The notes under the pieces are model-generated. The model was not told the origin of the DNA. It ran no database searches and saw only the letters and a list, made by a program, of their open reading frames with translations. Both the position numbers and the translations under genes were made by a program. A DNA stretch of 64,000 nucleotides from Chitinophagales bacterium. Lineage in GTDB: Bacteria; Bacteroidota; Bacteroidia; Chitinophagales; JADIYW01. The stretch spans positions 337 through 64,336 of the forward strand of contig JAMLHH010000003.1 of NCBI GenBank assembly GCA_023957215.1. Reading direction: 5' to 3'. Shown here one piece after another: positions 38,527 to 50,967 of this stretch (positions within the stretch are counted from its first letter, which is position 1; the number at the start of each line of letters is the position of its first letter).

Positions 38527-39578
38527 AGAAAGTAGATATTTTGATTGTAGGCCAAGGAATTGCCGGTACAGTGCTTGCATATCAAGCCATGAAAAGGAAC
38601 TTGAGTGTCCATGTTATAGATAAACCTTTACCGGGGTATTCTACTTTAGTAGCAGGAGGTATCATCAATCCGGTGACAGGCAGAAGATTAGTAAAATCAT
38701 GGAATTTTGATTTATTTTATGAAAGTTCGATGAGAACTTATCACGAATTGGATGAGTTTTTAAATATTCATTCATTACATTCTCTACCTATTTATAAGCT
38801 GTTAAAAACAACAGAAGATGTCAATGACTGGGAATTAAAAAGAGTCGAGCCTGAGTATCAAGATTATATGAAAAATCCTATTTTCAAATTAGATGAAAGG
38901 ATAACAACTCATCAAGGAGCAGGCATCTTAACAAGAAGTGCATGGATAGATACAAGACTTCTACTGTCTTCTTTTAGAAATTTATTAAAGAAAAATGATC
39001 AACTCACAGAGGACGAATTTGATTATTGTGAGTTGAAAAAAAACAAGTATAAGGACATTGAGTTTGACAAAATTATTTTTTGTGAAGGTCATAGAATAGA
39101 CAATAATCCATTTTTTGAAGGTATTCATCTGTGGAGTACAAAAGGAGAAGTACTAACCATTAAAATAGAAGGAGAAGACTTTGATTATATCATTAATAAA
39201 ATGATTTATATCATTCCTTTGAGTAACGGAAAGTATAAAGTCGGAGCCACCTTAGATAGAGAGATTAACACTGAGATTACCGAAAAGGGTAAAAACGACT
39301 TGGTGGAGAAAATCAATTCAATTTTAAAAGTTCCTTATAAAATCATAGAACAAGAAACAGGTATCAGACCCAATGTTCGAGACAGGAAGCCACTTTTGGG
39401 AGTATCTACAATTGGGGATAATTATTTCTTGCTAAATGGATTGGGAAGCAAGGGTATTTCATTGGCTCCCTATTTTGCAAAGCATCTTTTGGAGTTTATT
39501 TACAACAATCAACCTTTACAGCAAGATATTAATTGGCAAAGAGTTTTTAAGGAGAAAAATAGAAAGGCGGCTCAATGA
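38523..39578 (+). CDS. FAD-dependent oxidoreductase (DAO family; MnmC oxidase-domain-like)
   Basis: 351 aa starting VDILIVGQGIAGTVLA (GxGxxG). The ATG overlaps the mnmD stop (ATGA). Confidence 0.75.
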   Translation: MKKVDILIVGQGIAGTVLAYQAMKRNLSVHVIDKPLPGYSTLVAGGIINPVTGRRLVKSWNFDLFYESSMRTYHELDEFLNIHSLHSLPIYKLLKTTEDVNDWELKRVEPEYQDYMKNPIFKLDERITTHQGAGILTRSAWIDTRLLLSSFRNLLKKNDQLTEDEFDYCELKKNKYKDIEFDKIIFCEGHRIDNNPFFEGIHLWSTKGEVLTIKIEGEDFDYIINKMIYIIPLSNGKYKVGATLDREINTEITEKGKNDLVEKINSILKVPYKIIEQETGIRPNVRDRKPLLGVSTIGDNYFLLNGLGSKGISLAPYFAKHLLEFIYNNQPLQQDINWQRVFKEKNRKAAQ

Positions 39579-39587
39579 GCCGCCTTT
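39563..39587. terminator. Bidirectional terminator hairpin between the convergent oxidoreductase gene and rpoC
   Basis: AAA-GGCGGCTC-AAT-GAGCCGCC-TTT. The stem includes the stop codon of the + strand gene. Confidence 0.7.
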
Positions 39588-39612
39588 CAGATATAATTGT
39601 ATAGTAGTGAAA

Positions 39613-42600
39613 CTATTCGATTGTATCGTTATCAAAGTTTTTTCTCAAGGAATTCATTTCTTTTTTTGAGCCGACTCTGATTCTTTCAAATTGTCTGATA
39701 CCTGTACCGGCAGGTATTCTATGACCCACTATCACATTTTCTTTCAAGCCCAACATAAAGTCTTGGGAAGCTGAAATAGCTGACACATTCAATACTTTAG
39801 TTGTCTCTTGGAAAGAAGCTTGTGAAATCCAACTACCGGTCGATAGAGAAGATCTCGTAATACCCAATAACAATGGACTTGATGTAGCCGGAACAGCATC
39901 TCTAAATTTGATAAGTTTTTTATCATTTCGTTTCAAGCCGGAATTAGCTTCTCTCACTTGGCGGTATGTCACGATATCTCCGGCTCTCAGTTCAGTAGAA
40001 TCTCCGGCATCTGTAACAACTTTCTTATCGTAAATCCAGTCATTTTGCTCAATAAACTCAAACTTATCTACTGCCGTTTTTTCAAGGAACTTGGTATCTC
40101 CAGGATCCTCAATAAATACATTTCGCATCATTTGTCTAACGATGGTCTCAATATGCTTATCATTGATTTTTACACCTTGAAGTTTATAGACACTTTGAAT
40201 CTCGTTGACCAAGTATTCTTGCAAAGCAAATGGGCCTTTGATGTCCAAAATATCAGTCGGAGTAATAGAGCCATCAGAAAGGGGCATACCTGCTTTCACA
40301 AAGTCACCTTCTTGAACCAAGATATGCTTTGTCAATGGAACAAGATATTTTTTGATAGTTCCATCTTTCCCTTCCACAGCAATTTCTCTATTACCTCTTT
40401 TCACCTTACCCAAAGAAACCACACCATCTATTTCAGAGACTCTGGCCGGATTTGAAGGATTTCTCGCTTCAAACAATTCCGTAACTCTTGGTAAACCACC
40501 TGTGATATCTCGTACTTTAGACATTATTCTCGGTATTTTCGCAATTATCTGACCGGCATCGATTTTGGCACCGTTATCAACAGAAATGTGTGAGCTTACC
40601 GGTACAGAATATCTGAATATTTCATCATTGTTCTCATCTTTTATCAAGATGTAAGGAGCTTTTTTCTTATCCTTAGATTCGATAGTCACTTTTTCTCGGT
40701 GACCGGTTTGCTCATCCAACTCAATGCGATAAGTAATATTTTCTATCAAATTCTCATATTCGACCACACCTGAAAACTCTGTTATAATTACAGCATTATA
40801 TGGATCCCAAGAACAAATCAAATCGCCTTTCTTAACTTTTTGCTTGTCTTTAACAGCCAAAATAGATCCATAAGGAATATTATTAGTCATCAAAAGTCTT
40901 CCACTGTCAGCATCAACAATTCGATATTCACCTGTACGACCTATCACGGCTCTAACGATTTCTCCACCTTCGGTTTCTCTGTCAGCAGTTTTTACGTTGT
41001 CAAACTCTATCTTACCATCAGCAATAGCTTCATATTTAGATCCGGCAGCAATTCTGGATGCAGCACCACCTGTGTGGAAAGTACGCAATGTCAACTGTGT
41101 ACCCGGCTCACCTATGGATTGAGCGGCAATAATACCTACGGCATCTCCTATCTCGGCAATTCTGTTAGTAGCCAAGTTTCTACCATAACATTTTACACAA
41201 ACACCTCTGTGGTTTTCACATGTTAAGACAGATCTGATTTCAACTGAATCTATTGGAGAATTTTCAATGATCTTAGCAATTCTTTCATCAATAAGTTCAC
41301 CTGACTCAACAATAAGTTCATCGGTATCAGGATGATAAATATCGTTTAATGAAGTACGACCGACTATTTTATCATACAAAGAGTCTTTATCCTCTTGTTG
41401 TCCATCAATGATAGAGCTAACGGTCAGACCTCTCAATGTACCACAATCCTCTTCTAAAACAACTACGTCCTGAGCCACATCCACCAATCTTCTTGTCAAA
41501 TAACCGGCATCCGCTGTTTTAAGAGCTGTATCCGCCAAACCTTTTCTTGCACCGTGAGTAGAAATAAAGTATTCCAAGACTGACAGACCGTCTTTAAAGT
41601 TGGACAAAATCGGGTTTTCGATAATCTCACTGCCGGAAGAACCGGATTTCCTCGGTTTTGCCATGAGTCCTCTCAGCCCGGCAAGCTGCTTAATCTGTGT
41701 ATTTGAACCTCTTGCTCCTGAATCCAACATCATATACACAGAGTTAAATCCTTGTTTGTCGTTAGAGATTTCTTTTAGCAAAGCATTTGTAATACTTGTG
41801 TCCGCCTTCGTCCAAGTATCAATTACCTGGTTAGATTTCTCAGTCGGAGTAATCAATCCCATTTTATAGTTCATGGTGATTTCATCTACTTCTGCTTGAG
41901 CTTGCTCTAATAGTTTTGTTTTTACTTCAGGGATAATCAAGTCATCAATGTTAAATGAAAGACCCGCTTTAAACGCCCATTTGAAACCAAGATCTTTGAT
42001 ATCGTCAAGGAATTTGACCGTTGTAGGATTATTGGTAGTTGACAATACGTCGCTGATGATTATTTTAAGTGTTTTCTTTGTCAGTAATTGATTGACATAA
42101 CCTACTTCTTTAGGGACTACATCATTAAAAATTACTCGCCCGACTGTCGTCTCAATCAGCTTATTGACTATCTTACCATCTTCACGAACATCGACCTTAC
42201 ATTTAATCCAAGCATGCAAATCTAACCTACCCTCATTGAAAGCAATAACAACTTCTTCTGGAGAATAGAATGCTAATCCCTCACCCTTGATTATCTCTTC
42301 TTTCGTTGTTCTCTTACCTTTAGTAATATAATATAATCCTAAAACCATATCCTGTGAAGGAATTGTGATAGGAGTACCGCTTTGAGGGTTGAGAATATTA
42401 TGTGATGAAAGCATCAATAACTGTGCTTCAAGAACAGCAGCGTTACTCAAAGGCACGTGTACAGCCATTTGGTCACCATCAAAGTCAGCGTTGAAAGCAG
42501 AACAGACCAATGGGTGAAGATTGATAGCTTTCCCTTCTACTAATTTAGGCTGGAACGCTTGGATAGATAATCTGTGAAGTGTAGGGGCACGGTTTAGTAA

Positions 42601-43929
42601 GACCGGATGTCCTTTCATCACGTTTTCAAGAATATCCCATATAACAGCTTCTTTCTTGTCAACCAATTTTTTAGCGGATTTTACTGTCTTGACAATACCT
42701 CTTTCAATCAATTTTCTAATAATAAAAGGTTTAAAGAGTTCCGCAGCCATATCTTTAGGTAAACCGCATTCATGCAATTGTAATTTCGGACCCACCACGA
42801 TGACAGAACGTCCAGAGTAATCCACACGCTTACCTAATAAGTTTTGACGGAAACGACCTCTTTTACCTTTTAATGAATCTGTCAATGATTTTAAAGCACG
42901 TCCGCCTTCAGCTTTAACAGCATTCGCTTTACGTGAATTATCAAAGAGAGAATCCACTGCTTCCTGCAACATCCTCTTTTCATTTCTAAGGATGACATCA
43001 GGTGCTTTAATCTCTATAAGCCTTTTCAAACGGTTATTCCTGATGATGACTCTTCTATATAAATCATTCAAGTCAGATGAAGCAAACCTACCACCATCCA
43101 AAGGCACCAATGGTCTTAATTCAGGTGGAATAACAGGTAGATAATCCATGACCGTCCATTCAGGTCTGTTGACAGTTCTTTCATTTGCCTCTCTAAAAGC
43201 TTCTACTACGCTCAATCTTTTTAGCGCTTCCGCTTTTCTTTGTTGGGCTGTTTCAGTAGATGCTTTATGTCTTAGAGACGCAGCAGTTGCGGCCAAATCT
43301 AATCTTGAAAGCAATTCTTTCACTGCTTCTCCACCGATTTTAGCAATAAATTTATTGGGATCATCATCCGGCAAAGCTTGATTTCCGGGAGGAAGACTAC
43401 TCAAAATTTGAAGATATTCTTCCTCTGACAACAAGTCTAAATATTCAATATTTCTGGATTCTCCATCAATTTGAACACCGTCTCTAAGCACGCCCGGCTG
43501 TACAACAGCATAGCGCTCATAGTAAACGATAGAAACTAAATCTTTAGAAGAAAGTCCCAACAAATAACCTATTTTATTAGGTAAAGATTTGAAATACCAA
43601 ATATGAACGATAGGAACAACTAATTTAATGTGTCCCATACGCTCACGTCTGACTTTTTTCTCAGTAACTTCCACGCCACAACGATCACAAACGATACCTT
43701 TATAACGTATTCTCTTGTACTTTCCACAATAGCATTCATAATCTTTTGTAGGTCCGAAAATTCTCTCACAAAACAATCCGTCCATCTCAGGCTTGTATGT
43801 TCTGTAATTGATGGTTTCAGGTTTTTTTACTTCTCCATGTGAACGTTCTAATATACTATCTGGTGAAGCCAATTTGATAGTTATTGAATCAAAATCACTT
43901 TTTGTTTTTATTTCCTTATTTAAAGGCAT
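39613..43929 (-). CDS. rpoC: DNA-directed RNA polymerase subunit beta'
   Basis: 1438 aa with the catalytic motif [12 protein letters not shown]. Confidence 0.98.
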   Translation of the reverse strand: MPLNKEIKTKSDFDSITIKLASPDSILERSHGEVKKPETINYRTYKPEMDGLFCERIFGPTKDYECYCGKYKRIRYKGIVCDRCGVEVTEKKVRRERMGHIKLVVPIVHIWYFKSLPNKIGYLLGLSSKDLVSIVYYERYAVVQPGVLRDGVQIDGESRNIEYLDLLSEEEYLQILSSLPPGNQALPDDDPNKFIAKIGGEAVKELLSRLDLAATAASLRHKASTETAQQRKAEALKRLSVVEAFREANERTVNRPEWTVMDYLPVIPPELRPLVPLDGGRFASSDLNDLYRRVIIRNNRLKRLIEIKAPDVILRNEKRMLQEAVDSLFDNSRKANAVKAEGGRALKSLTDSLKGKRGRFRQNLLGKRVDYSGRSVIVVGPKLQLHECGLPKDMAAELFKPFIIRKLIERGIVKTVKSAKKLVDKKEAVIWDILENVMKGHPVLLNRAPTLHRLSIQAFQPKLVEGKAINLHPLVCSAFNADFDGDQMAVHVPLSNAAVLEAQLLMLSSHNILNPQSGTPITIPSQDMVLGLYYITKGKRTTKEEIIKGEGLAFYSPEEVVIAFNEGRLDLHAWIKCKVDVREDGKIVNKLIETTVGRVIFNDVVPKEVGYVNQLLTKKTLKIIISDVLSTTNNPTTVKFLDDIKDLGFKWAFKAGLSFNIDDLIIPEVKTKLLEQAQAEVDEITMNYKMGLITPTEKSNQVIDTWTKADTSITNALLKEISNDKQGFNSVYMMLDSGARGSNTQIKQLAGLRGLMAKPRKSGSSGSEIIENPILSNFKDGLSVLEYFISTHGARKGLADTALKTADAGYLTRRLVDVAQDVVVLEEDCGTLRGLTVSSIIDGQQEDKDSLYDKIVGRTSLNDIYHPDTDELIVESGELIDERIAKIIENSPIDSVEIRSVLTCENHRGVCVKCYGRNLATNRIAEIGDAVGIIAAQSIGEPGTQLTLRTFHTGGAASRIAAGSKYEAIADGKIEFDNVKTADRETEGGEIVRAVIGRTGEYRIVDADSGRLLMTNNIPYGSILAVKDKQKVKKGDLICSWDPYNAVIITEFSGVVEYENLIENITYRIELDEQTGHREKVTIESKDKKKAPYILIKDENNDEIFRYSVPVSSHISVDNGAKIDAGQIIAKIPRIMSKVRDITGGLPRVTELFEARNPSNPARVSEIDGVVSLGKVKRGNREIAVEGKDGTIKKYLVPLTKHILVQEGDFVKAGMPLSDGSITPTDILDIKGPFALQEYLVNEIQSVYKLQGVKINDKHIETIVRQMMRNVFIEDPGDTKFLEKTAVDKFEFIEQNDWIYDKKVVTDAGDSTELRAGDIVTYRQVREANSGLKRNDKKLIKFRDAVPATSSPLLLGITRSSLSTGSWISQASFQETTKVLNVSAISASQDFMLGLKENVIVGHRIPAGTGIRQFERIRVGSKKEMNSLRKNFDNDTIE

Positions 43930-43960
43930 AGGAATTTATTTATACTGTTTTTATAATTTT

Positions 43961-46900
43961 TTATTCAAAATCCAAATCAAGCGCCAAACCTCTCAATTCA
44001 TGTACCAAAACATTAAATGATTCAGGTAAGTTAGCTTCCGGAAGATTATCACCTTTCACAATCGCTTCATAGGCTTTAGCTCTTCCATATATATCATCAG
44101 ATTTTAAAGTCAATAACTCTTGAAGGATGTTAGAAGCACCATAAGCTTCCAATGCCCATACCTCCATCTCTCCCAATCTCTGACCTCCAAACTGGGCTTT
44201 ACCACCCAATGGTTGTTGAGTAATCAAAGAGTAAGGTCCGATAGAACGTGCGTGCATTTTATCATCAATCATGTGAGATAGTTTCAGCATGTATATGACA
44301 CCCACCGTCGTTTTTTGATGAAATCTCTCGCCTGTCTCACCATCATACAAATAGGTATGCCCCAATTTCGGTAAGCCGGCATTGTTGACAAAATCATCTA
44401 TTTCTTCTACGGTAGCACCATCAAAAATAGGAGTAGCAAAATTGACTCCCAATTCTTTACCGGCCCATCCGAGAACAGTTTCATAAACCTGTCCAATGTT
44501 CATACGTGATGGTACACCTAATGGATTCAAGACAATGTCAACAGGCATTCCGTCCGCAGTGAAAGGCATATCCTCATCTCTTACAATCCTGGAAACGATA
44601 CCTTTATTCCCGTGGCGACCGGCCATCTTATCTCCTACTCTCAACTTACGTTTTTTGGCAACATAGACTTTTGCTAATTTCAATACACCAGTTGGCAATT
44701 CATCACCTATACTGATATTGAATTTCTCACGTTTATATCTACCAATTTCTTCATTGGCTTTGATAGTATAATTGTGTAAAAGACGTTTTACAAGCTCACT
44801 GATTTCTTCATCCTTCACCCAGTTTCTTGCATCTAATTCAAAAAATTCAAGTGAGTTTAGAACTTTCTCAGAAAATTTAACACCTTTAGGTACTATCTCT
44901 TCGCCATAGGTATTATTGATTCCTTGTGATATTTTGCCACCGATGAGAGCCATCAATTTATCAACGAGAATGTTTTTAACACCCGCCAAGTTTTTAAGGT
45001 GTTCTTTTTCTAAGGCTTCAAGCTCTTCTTTCTCTTTTTGTTTACTTTGTTTGTCTTTTTTCGCTTTCTTAAACAATCTCGTATTGATAACAGTCGCCTC
45101 AGTGCTTGGTGGAGCTTTGAAAGATGCATCTTTTACATCACCTGCTTTATCGCCGAATATTGCTCTCAAAAGTTTTTCTTCAGGTGTAGGATCAGACTCT
45201 CCTTTTGGAGTGATTTTACCTATAATAATATCACCTTCTTTGATATTAGCGCCCACTCTGATGATACCATTTTCATCCAATTGTCGGGTAGCTTCTTCGC
45301 TTACATTCGGAATATCGTTGGTCAATTCTTCTTCACCCAATTTGGTATCTCTGATATCCAACTCATATTCTGTAATATGGATAGAAGTAAACAAGTCGTC
45401 TCTAACGACTTTTTCTGAGATGACAATGGCATCCTCATAGTTATAACCCTTCCAAGGCATGAAAGCAACCTTCAAGTTTCTACCTAAGGCAAGTTCACCA
45501 TTTTGTGTGGCATAACCTTCACACAAAATTTTGCCTTTATGTACTTTTTCACCCTTTCTGACGATAGGCCGCAAATTGATGCATGAGCCTTGGTTAGTCC
45601 TCTTGAATTTAGTCAGTTTATAAACTTTGATATCTCCTTCAAATGAAATTAATCTCTCATTCTCAGTTTTATCATATCTCACTTGGATTTCATTTGCATC
45701 CACATAAACCACTTCACCATCGCCTTCAGCATTGATAAGTACATTAGAGTCTTTGGCAACTCTATCTTCAATACCTGTACCGACAATAGGAGCTTGCGGC
45801 TGCATCAATGGAACTGCTTGACGTTGCATATTTGAACCCATCAAAGCACGGTTAGCGTCATCATTTTCCAAGAAAGGTATTAAGGAAGCGGAAACACCTA
45901 CAATCTGGTTAGGAGCCACATCCATATATTCAAGTGTTTTCATCTCATCTTCATTATCGGCTTCGATGACAGGAAACTCACCTTGTTCCCTACACTTGAT
46001 TTTCTTTTCTATAAATTCTCCTTTGCTATTTAACAAGGCGTTAGATTGGACAATCACTTTTTCGTCTTCACCTTCGGCAGTCAAATAAGTAATATCGTCA
46101 TCAGATAAGCTGACCACACCATCTTTTATTTTTCTGTACGGTGTCTCGATAAAGCCCATCTTGTTAATTTTCGCATGCACACAGAGAGTAGAAATCAAAC
46201 CAATATTAGGACCTTCCGGTGTCTCGATCGTACACAAACGCCCATAATGTGAATAGTGAACGTCCCGTACCTCAAAACCGGCTCTTTCGCGAGACAAACC
46301 ACCGGGACCTAATGCAGATACTCTTCGTTTGTGAGTAATTTCAGACAAAGGATTGGTTTGGTCAAGGAATTGAGACAATTGACTTGTACCAAAAAACGAA
46401 TTGATAACGGAAGAAAGTGTTCTTGCATTGATCAAGTCGATAGGTGTAAAGACTTCATTGTCTCTCACATTCATACGCTCTCTAATCGTTCTTGCCATTC
46501 TCGCAAGACCTACACCAAATTGAGCATATAATTGTTCACCAACTGTTCTGATTCTTCTATTACCTAAGTGATCGATATCGTCGATTTCGGCTTTTTGGTT
46601 CACCAAACGAATTAGATATTTGATGATAGCTACAATGTCTTCTTTTGTAAGAATTCTATTATCGTCTGGAATATCTAACTCTAATTTTTTATTGATTTTA
46701 AATCTACCGACTTCACCCAAATCGTATCTCTTATCAGAGAAAAACAATTTGTCAATGATACCTCTTGCAGTATCTTCATCAGGTGGATCTGTACCTCTTA
46801 ATTGGCGATAGATATCTTGTAAAGCTTCAATTTCAGAGTTAGAAGTATCTTTCTGAAGTGTATTGAAAATGATAGAAAAATCTTCCTCTTGATTTTCTTT

Positions 46901-47788
46901 TTGAAGAATAATCGTTTTGATATCATTTTCTAAAATAAGCTCTATATTATTTTCATCCAAGAAAGTATCTCTCTCTATTAAAACTTCATTTCTTTCGAGA
47001 GTTACTACTTCTCCTGTATCTTCATCGACAAAGTCTTCATTCCATGATTTCAAGACACGGGCAGCAAGTTTTCTGTCAATGCAATCACTCAAATTCTTTT
47101 TATTTACTTTTATTTCGTCAGCCAAATCAAACAGCTCCAATATTTGTTTATCAGAGTCGAAGCCAATGGCTCTCAATAATGTAGTGACAGGGAATTTTTT
47201 CTTCCTATCAATATAAGCATACATTACATTATTGATATCGGTAGCAAATTCCATCCAAGCACCTCTAAAAGGAATCACTCTGGCTGAAAATATTTTTGTA
47301 CCGTTTGGATGGTAGCTTAAACCAAAGAACACACCGGGAGAACGATGTAATTGTGAAACAATTACCCGCTCAGCGCCGTTTATGATAAAGGTACCTTTAT
47401 CTGTCATATAAGGGATATTTCCCAAAAAGACATCCTGAACTATAGTTTGGAAATCTATATGCTCTTCATCATTACATGATAATCTAAGCTTAGCTTTTAA
47501 AGGGACACTATAAGAGAGGCCTCTCTCAATACACTCTTCTTCTGAATATCTCGGTGGATCGATAAAATAATCCAAAAATTCCAAAAGGAATATATTTCTT
47601 GTATCGGTTATTGGAAAGTTTTCTTGAAAAACTTTAAACAACCCTTCATTTTCTCTATTGTCAGGAGTCGTTTCTAATTGAAAAAAGTCGCGGAAAGATT
47701 CTACTTGAATATTCAATAAATTTGGATAGTCAAAATTTTGTTGAATTTTGCTAAAGGAAATACGTCCGCTTGATGTGGTTTTGGCCAT
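43961..47788 (-). CDS. rpoB: DNA-directed RNA polymerase subunit beta
   Basis: 1275 aa with conserved [17 protein letters not shown]. It lies between rplL and rpoC. Confidence 0.98.
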   Translation of the reverse strand: MAKTTSSGRISFSKIQQNFDYPNLLNIQVESFRDFFQLETTPDNRENEGLFKVFQENFPITDTRNIFLLEFLDYFIDPPRYSEEECIERGLSYSVPLKAKLRLSCNDEEHIDFQTIVQDVFLGNIPYMTDKGTFIINGAERVIVSQLHRSPGVFFGLSYHPNGTKIFSARVIPFRGAWMEFATDINNVMYAYIDRKKKFPVTTLLRAIGFDSDKQILELFDLADEIKVNKKNLSDCIDRKLAARVLKSWNEDFVDEDTGEVVTLERNEVLIERDTFLDENNIELILENDIKTIILQKENQEEDFSIIFNTLQKDTSNSEIEALQDIYRQLRGTDPPDEDTARGIIDKLFFSDKRYDLGEVGRFKINKKLELDIPDDNRILTKEDIVAIIKYLIRLVNQKAEIDDIDHLGNRRIRTVGEQLYAQFGVGLARMARTIRERMNVRDNEVFTPIDLINARTLSSVINSFFGTSQLSQFLDQTNPLSEITHKRRVSALGPGGLSRERAGFEVRDVHYSHYGRLCTIETPEGPNIGLISTLCVHAKINKMGFIETPYRKIKDGVVSLSDDDITYLTAEGEDEKVIVQSNALLNSKGEFIEKKIKCREQGEFPVIEADNEDEMKTLEYMDVAPNQIVGVSASLIPFLENDDANRALMGSNMQRQAVPLMQPQAPIVGTGIEDRVAKDSNVLINAEGDGEVVYVDANEIQVRYDKTENERLISFEGDIKVYKLTKFKRTNQGSCINLRPIVRKGEKVHKGKILCEGYATQNGELALGRNLKVAFMPWKGYNYEDAIVISEKVVRDDLFTSIHITEYELDIRDTKLGEEELTNDIPNVSEEATRQLDENGIIRVGANIKEGDIIIGKITPKGESDPTPEEKLLRAIFGDKAGDVKDASFKAPPSTEATVINTRLFKKAKKDKQSKQKEKEELEALEKEHLKNLAGVKNILVDKLMALIGGKISQGINNTYGEEIVPKGVKFSEKVLNSLEFFELDARNWVKDEEISELVKRLLHNYTIKANEEIGRYKREKFNISIGDELPTGVLKLAKVYVAKKRKLRVGDKMAGRHGNKGIVSRIVRDEDMPFTADGMPVDIVLNPLGVPSRMNIGQVYETVLGWAGKELGVNFATPIFDGATVEEIDDFVNNAGLPKLGHTYLYDGETGERFHQKTTVGVIYMLKLSHMIDDKMHARSIGPYSLITQQPLGGKAQFGGQRLGEMEVWALEAYGASNILQELLTLKSDDIYGRAKAYEAIVKGDNLPEANLPESFNVLVHELRGLALDLDFE

Positions 47789-47818
47789 ACAATGAAAATG
47801 TTTGTTAACTTAAATGGC

Positions 47819-47851
47819 TAAGTGTCTATGCGAATTTTCGATAGACACTTA
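47819..47851 (-). terminator. Stem-loop in the rplL-rpoB spacer (attenuator or processing hairpin)
   Basis: A perfect 11-bp stem, TAAGTGTCTAT (47819-47829) paired with ATAGACACTTA (47841-47851), with an 11-nt loop. No clean U-tract follows on the minus strand. Confidence 0.5.
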
Positions 47852-47897
47852 ACTTTTACTTCTTAATATACCTTTTGAGGTATCAGGAGAGTCGATA

Positions 47898-48281
47898 TTA
47901 TTTCAACTCTACTGATGCTCCGGCTTCTTCAAGCTTCGCTTTTATTTCTTCAGCTTCTGCTTTAGATGCACCTTCTTTCACCGGTTTCGGAGCTCCATCA
48001 ACAATTTCTTTTGACTCTTTAAGTCCAAGACCTGTAAGTTCTTTCACTACTTTTACTACAGCCAATTTTTTGTCTCCGGCATTTGTCAAGATAACGTCGA
48101 ACTCTGATTTTTCTATAGCTTGAGCATCTCCGGTGTCACCACCGGTAGCAGGTGCAGCTACAGCTACTGCCGCAGCAGCAGGTTCTATACCATACTCATC
48201 TTTTAAAATTTGAGCCAATTCATTGACTTCTTTTACTGTCAAATTAACTAGCGCTTCTGCTAATTCTTTTAATTCTGCCAT
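47898..48281 (-). CDS. rplL: 50S ribosomal protein L7/L12
   Basis: 127 aa with an Ala-rich hinge and the C-terminus [26 protein letters not shown]. Confidence 0.97.
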   Translation of the reverse strand: MAELKELAEALVNLTVKEVNELAQILKDEYGIEPAAAAVAVAAPATGGDTGDAQAIEKSEFDVILTNAGDKKLAVVKVVKELTGLGLKESKEIVDGAPKPVKEGASKAEAEEIKAKLEEAGASVELK

Positions 48282-48336
48282 GTCAGCGTTTTTTTGTTTT
48301 TAGAATATTTATTTATAAATGTTGCTTGGAAGTCTT

Positions 48337-48858
48337 TTATGCTGCTCTTTCTTCAAGAGCTTTTACTAATCCTGCTATTGTATTTCCGCCTGACTTCAAT
48401 GCAGAAATAACATTTTTAGCTGGTGATTGTAGAAGTCCGATAACTTCACCCAATAACTCTTCTTTAGATTTCAATGTTGACAATGCTTTCAATTGATCAT
48501 CTCCAACGAAAACAGCGCTATCTATATAAGCACCTTTTACAATAGGTTTTGGGTGTGATTTACGAAATTCTAATAATAATTTACCCGGTACATTAGCTGT
48601 TTCTGTAAACATGACAGCAGTCGGCCCTTTTAGAACTACATCCAAGCTATCAGAATACTTATTAGCTTCCAAAAGAGCTTTTTTGATAAGAGTATTTTTT
48701 GCTACCTGAACTTTCACTCCCCTTTTGTAACACTCTCTTCTAAGTTTATTCACACTCTCAACTGTCAGACCTGATGCATCAGTAAAATAGAAAAAATCAC
48801 CATTTGTGAATGCATCTATTAAGCCTGCCAGTACATTTTGTTTATCTGTTTTATTCAT
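48337..48858 (-). CDS. rplJ: 50S ribosomal protein L10
   Basis: The ORF lies between rplA and rplL. I prefer ATG 48858 (MNKTDKQNV...) over the TTG at 48867. Confidence 0.93.
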   Translation of the reverse strand: MNKTDKQNVLAGLIDAFTNGDFFYFTDASGLTVESVNKLRRECYKRGVKVQVAKNTLIKKALLEANKYSDSLDVVLKGPTAVMFTETANVPGKLLLEFRKSHPKPIVKGAYIDSAVFVGDDQLKALSTLKSKEELLGEVIGLLQSPAKNVISALKSGGNTIAGLVKALEERAA

Positions 48859-48888
48859 TTCTCTCAATTTTTAAACAACAATCCATTC

Positions 48889-49578
48889 TTATAAAGCTGA
48901 CTTAGGGTCTATCTGAATAGATGGACTCATCGTTGTTGCCATATAAATACTTTTAAAATAGATACCTTTTGCAGAAGAAGGTTTCATTTTTTGCAGTGTT
49001 GAAACAAGTTCCCTTGCATTTTCACTAATTTGTTCGGACTGAAAATTCAATCTGCCGATAGATGCATGGATAATACCTGTTTTGTCAAGTTTGAAAGATA
49101 TTTTACCTTTTTTTACTTCACTGACTGCTTCGCCAACTTTATCGGTAACAGTTCCTGATTTAGGGTTTGGCATTAAGTTTCTCGGGCCCAATACTCTACC
49201 CAAACGACCTATTTTCGGCATCACACTGGGCGTTGCGATGATTACGTCAATGTCTGTCCAACCTCCGCTAATTTTGTCAATATACTCTTGTAGTCCGACA
49301 TAATCCGCACCTGCTACCTTCGCTTCTTCTTCCTTGTCTTCAGGGCAAAGTACCAATACCGTTTTTGTTTTACCTGTACCATGAGGTAAGCTTACAGTAC
49401 CGCGAATTGCTTGATCCGGTTTACGAGGGTCAACTCCGAGTCTGATATGAACATCAATCGAAGAGTTGAAGTTAGTAGTGTTAATTTCTTTCACCAGCTG
49501 AGATGCCTCCTCTAAGGAGTAGATTTTACCTTTTTCTACTTTAGAATTGACGGCACTTCTTTTTTTTGCTACTTTCAC
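48889..49578 (-). CDS. rplA: 50S ribosomal protein L1
   Basis: 229 aa with GTVSLPHGTGK. It appears to use a GTG start. Confidence 0.95.
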   Translation of the reverse strand: MKVAKKRSAVNSKVEKGKIYSLEEASQLVKEINTTNFNSSIDVHIRLGVDPRKPDQAIRGTVSLPHGTGKTKTVLVLCPEDKEEEAKVAGADYVGLQEYIDKISGGWTDIDVIIATPSVMPKIGRLGRVLGPRNLMPNPKSGTVTDKVGEAVSEVKKGKISFKLDKTGIIHASIGRLNFQSEQISENARELVSTLQKMKPSSAKGIYFKSIYMATTMSPSIQIDPKSAL

Positions 49579-49604
49579 CTCTAAAAATTTATTTATTTAA
49601 AAAA

Positions 49605-50048
49605 TTATTCTTGCCAAGGAGCTTTTCCTGTTACAGAAATTCCCATACTTCGTGCTGAGCCTGCCACCATTCTCATGGCCGCTTCGATGGTGAAGCAATT
49701 TAAGTCAGGCATTTTAATTTCAGCGATTTCTTGCACTTGATCCCAAGTTACAGATCCAGCTTTACTTCTGTTAGGTTGAGCAGAGCCTGACTTTACATTT
49801 GCATATTCCTTTAACAAAGAGATTGCCGGAGGAGTTTTAATAACAAATGTAAAAGATTTGTCTTTATAGACTGTGATTACCACAGGACAAATCTTTCCTG
49901 CTTTATCTTGGGTTGCCGCATTGAATTGCTTACAAAACTCCATGATATTTACTCCTTTCGAACCTAAGGCAGGACCGATCGGAGGAGCCGGGTTGGCTGC
50001 TGCACCTTTTACTTGTAGCTTGATAAAGGTTTCAATTTCTTTAGCCAT
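49605..50048 (-). CDS. rplK: 50S ribosomal protein L11
   Basis: 147 aa starting [21 protein letters not shown]. Confidence 0.97.
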   Translation of the reverse strand: MAKEIETFIKLQVKGAAANPAPPIGPALGSKGVNIMEFCKQFNAATQDKAGKICPVVITVYKDKSFTFVIKTPPAISLLKEYANVKSGSAQPNRSKAGSVTWDQVQEIAEIKMPDLNCFTIEAAMRMVAGSARSMGISVTGKAPWQE

Positions 50049-50062
50049 CTTTTATAAAATTA

Positions 50063-50608
50063 TTATTGTTTTTCTACTTGAATAAAATTTAATTCGACAG
50101 GAGTCTTTCTTCCAAAGATTTTAACTGTAACTCTCAATTTCTTCTTATCCTCAAATACTTCTTCTACTTTACCTAAGAAATCGTTGAAAGGACCGTCAAT
50201 AATCTTCACATCTTCACCTACTAAGAAAGGTTCTGACATTGTATCACCTACCTCAGACATTTCATCCACTTTACCAAGGATTCTGTTTACTTCGGAAATA
50301 GACAATGGATCAGGATTTTCCTTGCCCAAAAAGTGAATCACACCGTTAGTAGTTTGGATTAAAGAGATAATGTCGCCATTGAGTTTGTTTGGATTTGCTT
50401 CTACAAGCATATATCCCGGAAACAAGTTTCTTTCAGAAATCACTTTCTTTCCATTCTTCAATTTATACACCTTTTCGGTAGGTATCAAAAACTGAACAAC
50501 AGCATCCGGTGTATTTGAACGAGAGACTTCCAACTCAAGTAAATCCTTAAGTTTTTTCTCTTTCCCACTGATTACTCTAAGTACGTACCAATTGTTCTCT
50601 TCTGCCAT
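50063..50608 (-). CDS. nusG: Transcription termination/antitermination factor NusG
   Basis: 181 aa starting WYVLRVISGKEKK, with a C-terminal KOW region. secE-nusG-rplK synteny supports the call. Confidence 0.95.
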   Translation of the reverse strand: MAEENNWYVLRVISGKEKKLKDLLELEVSRSNTPDAVVQFLIPTEKVYKLKNGKKVISERNLFPGYMLVEANPNKLNGDIISLIQTTNGVIHFLGKENPDPLSISEVNRILGKVDEMSEVGDTMSEPFLVGEDVKIIDGPFNDFLGKVEEVFEDKKKLRVTVKIFGRKTPVELNFIQVEKQ

Positions 50609-50618
50609 TTTAGTATAA

Positions 50619-50816
50619 TTAGTTTATCAATTTATAGATAATATCACTAAAGGTCATTTTGCCTAACATATCCATAGCGCTGATAAGCAAGGCAATAACA
50701 ATGGAGGCAATTCCCGTAATAAGTGAACTTTTTTGAAGTTTTTTCCAATCAGGCCAAGTCACTCTATTTACAAGCTCGTCATAAGACTCTTTTATATAAA
50801 CTATTATGCTATTCAT
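50619..50816 (-). CDS. secE: Preprotein translocase subunit SecE
   Basis: 65 aa with a single TM helix, positioned between tRNA-Trp and nusG. Confidence 0.85.
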   Translation of the reverse strand: MNSIIVYIKESYDELVNRVTWPDWKKLQKSSLITGIASIVIALLISAMDMLGKMTFSDIIYKLIN

Positions 50817-50833
50817 CTTTATTATTCACAACG

Positions 50834-50904
50834 CACGGGTACAAGGATTCGAACCCTGATCTAAGGTTTTGGAGACCTCTATTCTACCATTGAACTATAC
50901 CCGT
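50834..50904 (-). tRNA. tRNA-Trp (anticodon CCA)
   Basis: The reverse complement ACGGGTATAGTTCAATGGTAGAATAGAGGTCTCCAAAACCTTAGATCAGGGTTCGAATCCTTGTACCCGTG folds as a cloverleaf. The anticodon loop is CTCCAAA. Confidence 0.9.
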
Positions 50905-50967
50905 AACATGAGAGAATGACTAATGGAATTTTAAAGACCACTAGCCACCATCTCAAAAATATTTTAA

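Noticed and set aside
43148-47216. Multiple 60-175-aa ORFs antisense to, or out of frame within, rpoB and rpoC (for example 44916-45440, 45038-45418, 46917-47216, 43630-43842)
   Set aside because: They lie entirely inside highly conserved genes and have low-complexity Ser/Phe/Leu-rich translations. These are typical shadow ORFs.
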